Below are positions 36,356-48,029 of a stretch of DNA of 64,000 bases, one piece after another. This stretch comes from Raja brachyura (lineage: Eukaryota): positions 24,862,001 to 24,926,000 of the forward strand of contig OY740818.1 in assembly GCA_963514005.1 (NCBI GenBank), written 5' to 3'. Under the pieces are notes generated by a model. It was not told the origin of the DNA. It made no database searches and saw only the letters and a program-made list of their open reading frames with translations. The translations under genes were made by a program, and so were the position numbers. Within the stretch, counting starts at the first letter, position 1, and each line of letters opens with the position of its first letter.

Positions 36356-37917
36356 GGTGCTGGCTGTTGCCACGTTTCCATGTGTTGTGTGAGACCGTTT
36401 CTGCTCCACACCTGATGTCGGCATTCAGACCCAAGACCCCGATGGTCTCCGCCTCCCCTCCACACCGCCCTTGCCACCTTGGGCAGCTCAGACTGCCCAT
36501 AGTGTTGGCTCCAGCAAGACAATGGGGACCGTTCATTAACAAATGACAAATGATGGAGTAAAAGTGTACAGCCTTCGTTAGGCTTTATTGGAATACTTGC
36601 TAGACAATTTATACTTCCTGTGTTAAGGCAGCTGTCATCTTGTTTTTGTTCTTTACATTTATAGTATCTGATTGATTCTTGAATAAACAAGTTATATTCA
36701 TGAAATGAAGCAACGTCAGTAAAGACCTTAGACTTGGGTTTTGCGATGTGCTTGCTGAGCCAAGCTGTAGACAGAACAAATATTTATCTTTTTTCCCCAA
36801 TGACCTTGGTTCAAAGATGCCTGTGGGAATGGATGAGGCTGCATTCAGTATTTTGGCAAGAGCATTAATGGAGGTCCAAAGATATATCTTTGCCACAGCA
36901 GATACACAACAACCTATTAAATCAACGTTAGACTGCATGCAAGAACGTAACACTATTTGTGGTACTCCGGAGCAGACCCATCCCCTCAACTACAGATTGG
37001 TTTATCATCAAGTTCTATTTATAAAGGGACCTCTGATCTCCCCACCCTGCATCTGAAAGAGTCTGGGAACGTATTGTATTAAATATTCCTCTCCTCCACA
37101 TCGCCCCATCCGTGAGATCAAGGAGTCCGCGCCTTATTCCTGTCCTTGTTTATATGATCGCTTCCAGCTGTCAATTGTCAAAGTTCTGGTAATTGTCTCA
37201 ATCTCTTTTAAAATCAGTCAGCATGTTGATTTTTGTTTTGCCAGAACATTTATTCAGCTCGGTCTGAGATTTCCCCATCGTTCCAGTTTCATTGCTAAAT
37301 TGTCCGGTTTGATCAAGTTTCGTTTTCCTGCCCCCAGTACTGCTTCAGGCTGCAAATAGTCGAGCTAATTACCTCAATTCAATAAATATACCCCAATCCG
37401 AAAAGCCAAATAGCCCAGTGGCCAACAGTCCATGTCCACAGTTTAGCACTGAACAACCAAGATGGGGTGTGTAGGAATGAACAGCAGATGCTGGTTTACA
37501 AATGTGGAAATCAGTGCATCCTGTTGACTACACACAACATGTTTATCCTTATGAGATCTACAGGAGGGGCTGCTTCTAAAAGGCAGCCAGCATCATCAAT
37601 GTCCCACGCTCTCACGGCCACGCTCGCATCTCGCTGCTACCGTCAGGACGAATATCCATCAGATTCTTGCACACTACACAACACTAACCTCAGCTACGAA
37701 CTTCCATGGACTGTGTAGGTTGCACGATGAACCAGGTGTTTTGTACTAGTATTATGGCTATTGATTTATTGAGTTTTGTGTTATTATATATTTACAAGCC
37801 TGTCACGTGTACCGAGGTACAGTGAAATTTGATTTACCACAGTCATACCAAAAAAGCAGCAAGATATAAAACTACATAAAGATGAAACATAAGCAGCCAC
37901 CACAGTGGGAATCCCCA

Positions 37918-38202
37918 GGGCACACGGCATAAGTGGAGACCCACAGCCATCAGTTCAATGTCCGGGCCACACACAGACACGCTCCTTCACCGTGGTGTGA
38001 CCAGAGTTGTACCGACCGCTGTCACTCTCTCTGCTGTCCCTGTCCGCCCTAACAGCCACAAAGCCGTCCACACTCGCACTAGACTCTGGGATGTCCTCAT
38101 GGCACGATGTCCCCACAAACACTGAGATCACGGCACTCACGGCACTCACACCGAGTCCTCACCAGCGCAGCAGCACATCCATCTTGTTTCTTCAGCGACC
38201 TC
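37918..38202 (-). pseudogene. isolated degraded APE-endonuclease fragment of a Rex1/Babar-type LINE
   Basis: frameshifted minus translation RSLK.KMDVL.ALVRTRCECREC..HEDIPESSASVDGFVAVRADRDSRES..GHTTVKERVC..PDIELMAVGL. Confidence 0.7.
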
Positions 38203-38291
38203 ACATCCCCCACTGTGATGGCAGACAATTAACTTACATCCTCATTACTTCTTTTCTCCCGCGGTCGGGTGGATTGAAACATCCGCAGTCG

Positions 38292-39787
38292 AGGCGATCG
38301 AAGCCCCCGCAACGGGGCGACCGAAGCCCCCGCAACGGGGCGATCGAGGCTCCCGCAACGGGGCGATCGAAGCCCCCGCAACAGGGCGATCGAAGCCCCC
38401 GCAACGGGGCGATCGAGGCTCCCGCAACAGGGCGATCGAAGCCCCCGCAACAGGGCGATCGAGGCTCCCGCAACGGGGCGATCGAAGCCCCCGCAACAGG
38501 GCGATCGAAGCCCCCGCAACAGGGCGATCGAAGCCCCCGCAACGGGGCGATCGAGGCTCCCGTGATCAGGGCGATCGAAGCCCCCGCAACGGGGCGATCG
38601 AAGCCCCCGCAACGGGGCGATCGAAGCCCCCGCAAAGGGGCGATCGAAGCCACCGCAACGGGGCGATCGAGGCCCCCGCAACGGGGCGATCGAAGCCCCC
38701 GCAACGGGGCGATCGAAGCCCCCGCAACGGGGCGATCGAAGCCCCCGCAACGGGGCGATCGAAGCCCCCGCAACGGGGCGATCGAGGCTCCCGTGATCGG
38801 GGCGATCGAAGCCCCCGCAACGGGGCGATCGAGGCTCCAGTGATCGGGGCGATCGAGGCTCCCGTGATCAGGGCGATCGAGGCTCCCGTGATCAGGGCGA
38901 TCGAAGCCCCCGCAACGGGGCGATCGAGGCTCCCGTGATCGGGGTGATCGAAGCCCCCGCAACGGGGCGATCGAGGCTCCCGTGATCAGGGCGATCGAAG
39001 CCCCGCAACGGGGCGATCGAGGCTCCCGTGATTGGGGCGATCGAAGCCCCCGCAACGGGGCGATCGAGGCTCCCGTGATCAGGACGATCGAAGCCCCCGC
39101 AACGGGGTGATCGAGGCTCCCGTGATCGGGGCGATCGAAGCTCCTGCAACGGGGCGATCGAGGCTCCCGTGATCGGGGTGATCGAAGCCCCCGCAACGGG
39201 GCGATCGAGGCTCCCGTGATCGGGGCGATCAAAGCTCCTGCAACGGGGCGATCGAGGCTCCCGTGATCGGGGTGATCGAGGCTCCCATGATCAGGGCGAT
39301 CGAGGCTCCCGTGATCGGGGCGATCAAAGCTCCTGCAACGGGGTGATCGAAGCCCCCGCAACGGGGTGATCGAGGCTCCCGTGATCGGGGTGATCGAAGC
39401 TCCTGCAACGGGGTGATCGAGGCTCCCGTGATCGGGGCGATCGAAGCTCCTGCAACGGGGCGATCGAGGCTCCCGTGATCAGGGCGATCGAAGCCCCCGC
39501 AATGGGGTGATTGAGGCTCCCGTGATCGGGGTGATCGAAGCCCCCGCAACGGGGCGATCGAGGCTCCCGTGATCGGGGTGATCGAAGCCCCCGCAACGGG
39601 GCGATCGAGGCTCCCTTGATCGGGGTGATCGAAGCCCCCGCAACGGGGCGATCGAGGCTCCCGTGATCGGGGTGATCGAAGCCCCCGCAACGGGGTGATC
39701 GAGGCTCCCGTGATCGGGGCGATCGAAGCTCCTGCAACGGGGTGATCGAGGCTCCCGTGATCGGGGCGATTGAAGCTCCTGCAACAG
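38292..39787. repeat. CpG-rich minisatellite, 23/24-bp units, roughly 60-65 copies
   Basis: unit A GGGGCGATCGAAGCCCCCGCAAC (23 bp), unit B GGGGCGATCGAGGCTCCCGTGATC (24 bp). Confidence 0.97.
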
Positions 39788-40039
39788 GAGCTCTCAAAGC
39801 CGATCCCTAACAAAGGGACCGCCAGATCCACGATGTTAGGCTGCGGTGTGGACGGAGATACGACACGGAAAAAGTTGCATCTCTGTCCAGGAAAGATTTA
39901 AAAAAGTTTCTCCCTCCACCCCCCCAAAAAGTTTCTCCCTCCACCCTTTACATTCTACGCACAATTCCAGAATCTGCAGTTCTTTGTGGCTTTTTTTTTC
40001 TCTCCAGATTGTTGTGGTGTGCCCCTCACCTTCCCGGCC

Positions 40040-40140
40040 CATTCCCCAGAGCCTCTCTGCACCTCCGCCCACCCCCACCCCCACCCCCACCCCCACCCCC
40101 ACCCCCAGAGCCTCTCTGCACCTCCGCACACCCCCACGCC
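40040..40140. repeat. (CCCCCA)n tract flanked by a duplicated CCCCAGAGCCTCTCTGCACCTCCGC
   Basis: seen directly. Confidence 0.85.
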
Positions 40141-40290
40141 AACAAATCTCTCATTCCATTCCTCTCTCACTCCACATTCACACACCCCTGAAACCTCAGT
40201 ATCTTCTCTTTGGTCTCTTGCTTCCCTCATTGTTGTTGCCTATTTACATAGACTCCTCTTTACCTTTGACCTTACTGATCTAATCAGTTA

Positions 40291-40527
40291 AGGGCCTGGC
40301 CCACTTACGCGACCTTGGCTCGCAAATTACGCGACCTCGTGGTCGCTTGAGGCGTACGGGCACCGTATGGCCACGCGGGGCCGGTCCCACTTAGTGGCGT
40401 GGAGTTGTGCGGGGCTGGTCCCGACATCGTGGGACTTTAGCGCAAACTTAGCGTGAACTTAGCGCGACCTCCGCTTCTGGTTGGTCGCGCCAAACGCACG
40501 CAATCGCATGCAAGTGGGACAGGCCCT
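40291..40527. mobile_element. PIF/Harbinger-type MITE
   Basis: TIR AGGGCCTGGCCCACTT / AAGTGGGACAGGCCCT; TTA at 40288-40290 and 40528-40530. Confidence 0.85.
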
Positions 40528-41220
40528 TTACTTCCTGCATCAGATGATGAATAACAACATGCAATGGAACGTTATTTGTCACACATGCAACTGCGCAGTG
40601 AGATTCATCTGCATATATCACACATGCGGGAGCTGTCATTATTCAAAGTCCAAAGTCCGCTCGGCCCGCCCGCTCGATGTACAGGAGCAGTTCCCGTCAA
40701 CCAACGTCCCTCTCCTCGTTCGTCCGTTTATTTGTCCCGGGGGAGCCTCCTGCAGCCGACCTTGAAGGTGCTGGAAGCATTACCCAAGTTCACCCTCCCA
40801 CCGGCCCTTGCCCCCCACGTCCAACATCTCCAACTCCCCCCAGTTACACCGCTGAGCGGCCAGCGAGCCTGCGGGCGGGTTACAGATGTTTTCATGTACA
40901 GTATGTGATGAAGAAATACTTTCTCTCCAATGACTTCCACATCTGGATAATAGGAAACTATATTTCTTGGCAGGGTCAAGGAATAATTCATCAAACAGTA
41001 AACGATGTGTTATTGTAGCGCTGAGGATTACCTGCCCTCTTTGTTGACTTACTCTTTTTCACATTCTCTGATGTCTTTGGTTGTTCAAAAACCTCATTAA
41101 AGTGATTTTGTACAAATAAAATCCAATTCTGGAAATTATCTTGTGAGAAAGAGTATGATATTGGGAAGTGTAATATTGTCAATTTTGGCAAAGAAAATGT
41201 GGTTTGAAAATCTTAATACA

Positions 41221-41456
41221 TAGATACATAGACAATAGGTGCAGGAGTAGGCCATTCGGCCCTTCGAGCCAGCACCGCCATTCAAGGTGATCATGGCTGA
41301 TCATCCCGAATCAGTACCCCGTTCCTGCCTCATCCCCATGTCCCCTGACTCTGCTATCTTTAAGAGCCCTATCTAGCTCTCTCTTGAAAGTATCCAGAGA
41401 ACCGGCTTCCACCGCCCTCTGAGGCAGAGAATTCCACAGACTCACAACTCTCTGTG
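41221..41456 (-). mobile_element. CR1-clade LINE 3' end
   Basis: reverse complement of the 5805-6028 type consensus. Confidence 0.9.
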
Positions 41457-42479
41457 ACAACTTATTATCACGTACCTAGGTGCAGTGAGATTCCTTTTTT
41501 GCATATAGTTCAGTGAAAGTGCGACTGTACACAGATACAATTATACTCGCGTACAAGAGTGTAGGAACACTCTTGTGTACAAGTGTCACTACGTTTCAGA
41601 CACCATTTTGTGTGATTCAAGACCAAAGCTGTTAACAATGAGAGTCTATCTTAACTTGGCCATAAATGTAAGTCCTGGTGTCATGGCGACGGCACTGGGC
41701 TGGAGTTGCAGGGTCAGCCCGGCCTGGCGATATTGTCGGTGACCTCCAGCGCCGCTCCACCGCTCCCTGCCGCTGCAGCCCGCATCCGATCCACACGCTA
41801 GCTCACACATGCATGCTCTCAGCTTCTTGGAGCGGTGCCCAATCTAATGGAGCCCCAGGCTGCTGCAAGGCCTCCGCGCGGGGCCTACACTGGGAATAAA
41901 CGCTTCAACACGTGAACAAGAGGCATTGACGGGTAAGATTTGCTCAGAGAGTAGAGATATCTAAGTAGGATACAGATCTAATGCTGGCAAATGGGGGTCA
42001 GGGTAGATAAACAAAAATCCAGTATGGATGTGGTGGGCTGGAAGACCTGTAACAGCGCTGAACAAACTCTACAACTCAATGGAAATTACAAGCACCATGA
42101 GCTTGAAATCAAAAGGAAATTCTGGAACTTAGTTCTGCTGTTTCCACAGTGGGCACTAGAGGGACCTGGTGAGGCAATATAGAGTTTGCTGCCTTGGGTT
42201 TGAAGCATAATATTATCGTGGACAGCCCCTGATGTTAAATTGGTTTCATCCTTGACTTTCCCACTTTTGAACAAAGATCATCGCCCTGAACACATCCCCA
42301 CCAAAGATCATCCCCCTTGTCTCCCAAACCTCCAGGGTCTCTGAGAATCTCAAACACCAACCACCTCATCCATCAAGGTCATGTGTTGCTCTCTGAGCCT
42401 CTGGACCTTCTCCAAGCGAGCGAATTGTCCCGATGAAGGTGACTGAGAGATGATCGGATGATGTTTAGCATCATATGAG

Positions 42480-42870
42480 AGGGAGATATGAACAGCTGGG
42501 AAGAATGGGTCCCTGAATCTGGAGGTATACGTGTTCACACTGATGTATCTCTTGCCTGATGGGAGACGGGAGAAGAGGGAATGATCGATGCCAAGGCAGC
42601 ATGAAGTATAGATGGAGTCAATGGATTTGACTCCTGCAGATGCTGGTTTAAACCAAATATAGACACAAAAAGCTGGAATGCCTTCATTTGAGACTGAAGA
42701 AATGTCACCTATTCCTTTTCTCCAGTTGCTGCCAGAGCTGCTGAGTTATTCCATCTTTTTGTGTCTATCAATGGAAGGGAGGTTGGTTTGTGTGATGGTC
42801 TGGGCTGCGTCCACAACTCTCTGCGGGCTTGAGTGGAGCTGTTCCCAAACCTTGCTTGGCTGCATAAGCT
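42480..42870 (-). mobile_element. Rex1/Babar fragment interrupted by Penelope pLTR (~42635-42768)
   Basis: LPSGKRYISVNTYTSRFRDPFFPAV motif; AWFGNSS-like motif near 42850. Confidence 0.65.
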
Positions 42871-43691
42871 GGCTTCACCTCTTGTGCCCCTCGCAGCAGG
42901 GGCTCTGTGGGTTTGCCGGGATCATTATTAGGGTGCTTCCTGCTGCCGGATAGCAAAGACACAACATCAAGCTATGAGACTAAAGTGTGAGAGGTTTTGC
43001 ATCAGGGCAGGCCAGAAGGGTTAACCCTTTTCCAGTCGTGTCTAATATAGATCCCCAAATCTCAAATAAATATGTCACGCACACCTTCAAACACCCTGAG
43101 TACTTTAGTTATTGTTATTTATGAGGTGGCTGATGGAATATATAGGTGTAAAGGATTCCTCAGTGTATACAGGCAGCATGTGTGAAATGCTGGCCTGGAG
43201 TGTACCTGCTGCCTGTCCCGGCCTTTCTCCTGCCCTCTCCCAGGGGGAAGTTGGGGATTTGTTACCTGGAAGCATCAAGAGGCAGGTGGGAGGTATCTTC
43301 ACAGAAGCTAAGTCTGCCGTCCAGCGAGATATCACTCGACTCAATTCAGAGGGACATGGACCAAACGCGGGCCGATGGGACTAGTTTAGATGGAGCATGT
43401 TGGTCGGCGTGGATCAGTTGGTCAACGTGCCTGTGTCTGTGCTGTGGGACTATGACTCCGTAGTTGGCACAGACTTTGTACCATAACTTGGTGCTCCTGT
43501 TCCAACCATGGCTGAGGGTCTCATCCTCCGACTGACCCCTGGGTTCAGTGACCACCCACCTTGAACAAAGCCTGCCAGGCTCCCTTTGGCCAATGTCAGC
43601 ATGTCCAAGGTGGCCACTAACGTTCCATCAACGGCAGGTTTGATTGTTGTTGGGAAAATATGCAGTTTGGAAAGAAGGAATTCCAGCAATG

Positions 43692-43880
43692 CAGACAAAA
43701 GTGCTGGAGAAACTCAGCGGGTGAGGCAGCATCTATGGAGCGAAGGAATAGGTGCCATTTTGGGTCTCGACCCGAAACATCTCCCATTCCTTCGCTCCAT
43801 AGATGCTGCCCCACCCGCTGAGTTTCTGCAGCATTTTTGTCTACCTTCGATTTTTCCAGCATCTGCAGTTCCTTCTTAAC
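43692..43880. mobile_element. fold-back Penelope pLTR insertion
   Basis: inverted arms with one-sided tail; AATTCCAGCA / AATCCCAACA flanks (degenerate TSD). Confidence 0.8.
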
Positions 43881-44725
43881 AAATCCCAACACATCCCTCC
43901 ATGTACGGCCCCGATGTGTCAGGTAGTCCAGTCCTTATCACCTGAAACACACACAGTGCCCGATCGCTCACCTGTGCTGATGGGTTTTTCCTCTGGAACG
44001 CTGGAGGTTCAGAGGAGACGACAGAAGATTACAAAATTGTGAGAGGCGTGGATGGTGTAGGCAACAGAGGCATAGAGTGTGGAAACAGGCCCTTTGGCCC
44101 ATCGTGCCCACACCAACCCCACCAACAATCACAACCTTTGCTTCCCAGGATAGAAGTGTCCAACACTAGTGGGCATAGCTGTAAGAAGCGAGGGGGAAAG
44201 TTCAATGGCGATGTGCCTGGAACACATTCCCAGGGGTGGTGGTGGTGGTGGTGGTGGTGGTGGAGGCAGGGACATTAGTGGTGTTTTACAGGCTTTAAGA
44301 TAGGCACATGGAAGTGCCGCAAATAGAAGGAAATGGATCATGTGCAGACAGATGGGGTCAGTTTAGCTTGGCATCATGCCCATTGTGGGCCGAAGGGCCT
44401 GATCCTGTGCTGTACTGTTCTACGTTCCGTATTTTAACAACTCCTACCAATAGCTGTGGAGGAGCCATCACTGGACGCTCCTGGTCATAGCTGTAGCTGG
44501 CTGGCTCATTGTCTTGACCCCTGTCACACTAGTGTTGAACGTTGGTGAACACACACATAGCTGAGCCTCCAGTGGAGCCCAGACACAGTGAAGATCAAGA
44601 GGCTGCATGGTTAAGGGTTAGCGATCCTCCAGAGGTGAGAACATTCACACACTGGCCACCCAGTTGGACAACACACCTGTCCAAGCTGTTCTGAAGAGGT
44701 GATGAGAAAAAGAGGTGGCCATTTA

Positions 44726-44872
44726 TGTGTAGGGAAGAACTGCAGATGCTGGTTTAAATCAAAGGTAGCTACAAAATGCTGGAGTAACTCAGCGGGCCAG
44801 GCAGCTTCTCTGGAGAGAAGGAATGGGTGATATTTCGGGTCGAGTCTGAAGAATGATCTCAACCCGAAACAG
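44726..44872 (-). mobile_element. Penelope pLTR arm
   Basis: GAACTGCAGATGCTGGTTTAAATC...GAGTAACTCAGCGGGCCAGGCAGC...TTTCGGGTCGAG. Confidence 0.8.
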
Positions 44873-44915
44873 TGATTTGCAGCAGTTTGGGTGGCCATTT
44901 TTCACAGGAATTAGA

Positions 44916-45231
44916 AGACAATAGACAACAGGTGCAGGAGTAGGCCAATCGGCCCTTCGAGCCAGCACCACCATTCAATGTCATCATGGCTGATCATCCC
45001 CAATCAGTACCCTGTTCCTGCCTTCTCCCCATATCCCCTGACTCCGCTATTTTTAAGAACCCTATCTAGCTCTCTCTTGAAAGCATCCAGAGAACCTGCC
45101 TCCACTGCCGTCTGAGGCAGAGAATTCCACAAACTCACAACTCTGTGAGAAAAAGTCTCTGTTCTAAATGGCTTACCCCTTATTCTTAAACTGTGACCCC
45201 AGGTTCTGGGCTCCCCCAACATCGGGAACAT
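44916..45231 (-). mobile_element. CR1-clade LINE 3' end
   Basis: MFPMLGEPRTWGHSLRIRGKPFRTE..VVSLWNSLPQTAVEAGSLDAFKRELDRVLKNSGVRGYGEKAGTGY*. Confidence 0.92.
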
Positions 45232-45839
45232 AGTGTAATTTAAGAAAGTGTTTATAAAATAATGACAACATCTTTTTTAATCTTTTTACTGGAATTATTG
45301 GATTAACTGGAATTTTAGAATTCCAAATAAACCCAGCACAAGGAGCCAATGGATCTGGGCATGTTCCATAGCCTGTTCTGTGTGTCGGTGAGACATTATA
45401 AGGTCACCAAAATGCAGTTTCCAGGAACGCGAATGGTTCCCAATCTCCCAGGGATACAAAAATGGACACAAAGTGCTAGAATAACTTGTATCGTTGAAAG
45501 TATCATTGAATCATCGAACGGGGTCAGGCAGCACATCTGGAGAACATGGGGAGATGATACTGTGGGCCAGGACCCTTCTGCAGGTTCACCTTGATGAGAT
45601 TTCACAGTGGAGCAGTAAAATGGAGACACAAGGAACTGGAGATTTAGACACAGTGCTGGAGCAACTCAGCAGTAATTCTGAAGAAGGGTCCTGACATGAA
45701 ACATCATCTATCCATGTTCTCCAGAGATGCTGCCATGTCCACTGAATTACTCCAGCACTGTGTATTCTTTTGTAAACCAGCATCTGCAATTCTTTATTTT
45801 TCTGAGAAATACAGATGTTTTCAGACAGTTAAGAGATAA

Positions 45840-46237
45840 ATCCAGGTCAGGTCGGGGGGGCGTTCTCCCCGCCACGGGTTCCATGTAATCCCGTGCTACC
45901 CGCTCCATGGTCGGATAGTCGGCGACTAAACCGTCTCCCCCGCCTGGTTTGCCAGGTGAGGAGGGGGCTGTGGAGCCCCAGCAGGACCAAAAACAAGACC
46001 TGTCAAAGGGCGGATGAGCTCCTAGCGAGCCAACGGCCATCCACACTTCAGTAGAAGTTGCAATCACTGTCGTACACGGCATTGTAAGGAATGATGATAA
46101 AGCACACACACCAAAACCCTAGACTTCCAGCGGCAGAAGTCCGCAGGAACTGGAGGACAGAGATGTGCGGTGCATCCGTCACCGTTCCCGCTGGAAACCG
46201 GTGCCTCTGCGTCGCTAATGTTTTCAACGACGGTGAA
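45840..46237 (+). mobile_element. unclassified 398-bp CpG-rich insertion with 10-bp TSD (possibly RTE-derived, non-autonomous)
   Basis: TAAGAGATAA at 45830-45839 and 46238-46247; several hairpins; no TIR and no tRNA head. Confidence 0.6.
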
Positions 46238-46407
46238 TAAGAGATAATGATACGTTTTCCAGTTACTGATTTGATAACTTGGGTCCAATTCCTGATCTGG
46301 CTCCTGTTCTCTAGGGAGATGTGGCTGAATGTCTCCAGCATTTCCTGTTATCACTCTTGGAATTCTGGAATAGAGACGTAACAAGATCATAGAGACATAG
46401 AGTCATA

Positions 46408-46491
46408 CAGCACTCTGGCAGCGGCGGCGTCGACAGTGGATGCAGCAGAATTCAGCACTCTGGCGGCAGCGTCGACAGTGGATGCAGCAGA
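46408..46491. repeat. ~45-bp tandem duplication
   Basis: CAGCACTCTGGC..GCGTCGACAGTGGATGCAGCAGA x2. Confidence 0.85.
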
Positions 46492-47744
46492 TATGATAGC
46501 ACTGTTTCAGAGACTTTAGAAAGGATGTGCATGGAATAAAGGGATATGGATTATATACAGGTAGATAAGGGTGGTCTTGGAATAATGTCAATAGAAACTC
46601 AGAAACATAGAAAATAGGTGCAGGAGTAGGCCATTCGGCCCTTTGAGCTAGCAATGCCATTCAACATGATCATGGCTGATCATCCAAAATCAGTACCCCG
46701 TTCCAGCTTTCTCCCCATATCCATTGATTCCGTTAGCCCATAGAGCTATATCTACTGTTACTGTAACTCTCTCTTGAATACATCAGCACAGACATTGTGG
46801 GCCGAAGGGCCTGTTTGTGATGTACTGTTCTATGATCTATGTAACTCGATACAAATGACAATGCTAAACCGATACCAACTGTGTGGCCAGGTTGTCTCTC
46901 TTGGAACTTGTAAAGATATACTAACCACCGTACAGGAATCTAACTGTGAGCGTACATCAGAAAGGCAATCTGTACTCTATTTGCAAGCATTGGTGACCTT
47001 ACAAGCAAAATGATATGTTGGGTTTCACATTCCAGTAACAAGGGCATCCTGTGAACACAGTGCAGTCAGGTTGCAATTAGAATCCATAACTGGAGAGAAA
47101 GTATGGAAATAATTTACAAGTACATTATATAAAGTTGTAGAAATTCATTCGAAGCATAAATTTTAAATCAAGCGTGAATTCAGTGGGGATGCCAGATTGT
47201 GGACTTCCGCTCTGTTGATGTCAGCCCAGTACCACCGACATGCAGCTGAGACACTTCACTTCACAGAGCCAGAGGTCGACGTTTACACATCTCCTTCCCG
47301 GCTTTCTCCCCCACTACCACAATCAATCCGAAGAAGGGCCCCGACCCAAAATATCATCAGTCCATCTCCCTCCACAAATGCTGCCTGACCCACTGAGCTC
47401 CAGTAAGAAATTCCAGTGAAAAGCCAAAAATATGTAGTCATCATTTTATAAAACCTGTCTTCCAATTCCTGCGACAAATAGCCAGGCCTGTTCCTGGCAC
47501 TGTCCACAATTCTGACTACTCCTTGCTCAGTTTAAGAAAGCGCTGATCCAATTAAAACAGGAGATTGCAAGATTGGCTTCCAAAAACTAAATGGAAATCA
47601 TGAATCAGAAGTCTGGAAACACAGAAAAAAAACCCAATTCACTGAATAAAGAAATATTCAAACAACGTTTCAATATATCGCACTGTCCAATAGTGACCAT
47701 CTTTTACATCTGGACCTTACAGAAGCACCAAATCCTGAGGAAAT

Positions 47745-48017
47745 TAGTTTTTAGTCTTGAGATACAGTGTGCAAACAGGCCCTTCGGCCCACCGTGTCCA
47801 TGTCAACCAATGTTCACCCGTACTATAGTTCTATCCTACACACTAGGGACAATTTACGGAACCCATTAAATCTACAAACCTGTAGTCTTTGGAATGTGGG
47901 AGGAAACCTGAGCAGCTGGAGAAAACCCTCACGGTCACAGGGAGAAAGTGCAAACTCCGCACAGACAGCACCCGTAGTCAGGATTGAAACCGGGTCTCTG
48001 GCACTGCAAGGCAGCAT
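47745..48017 (-). mobile_element. HE1/V-SINE-type SINE
   Basis: consensus V-domain, B box and tail on minus strand. Confidence 0.85.
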
Positions 48018-48029
48018 CTGGGCATATAC

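Larger units (their letters stand above)
37801..39935 (-). mobile_element. non-autonomous retroelement with Rex1/Babar-type tail; host of the minisatellite
   Basis: tail TGTCACGTGTACCGAGGTACAGTGAAATTT at left end; colinear with the element at 58777-59023 (CCCACTGTGA.GG..GGC, CCCG.GGT.GGG, TCCGCAGTCG). Confidence 0.6.

Noticed and set aside
36609-37056. Overlapping 102-126 aa ORFs in unique sequence
   Set aside because: No domain similarity or convincing splice structure; composition fits non-coding sequence
38292-39787. CRISPR-like array (short palindromic repeats)
   Set aside because: Units are contiguous with no unique spacers, there are no cas genes, and the context is vertebrate
38007-39831. 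Long ORFs (278, 375 and 200 aa) with GAIEAPATGR / GASIAPLRG repeats
   Set aside because: They are translations of the stop-poor GC-rich minisatellite, open in several frames on both strands, and the 23-bp unit is not a codon multiple
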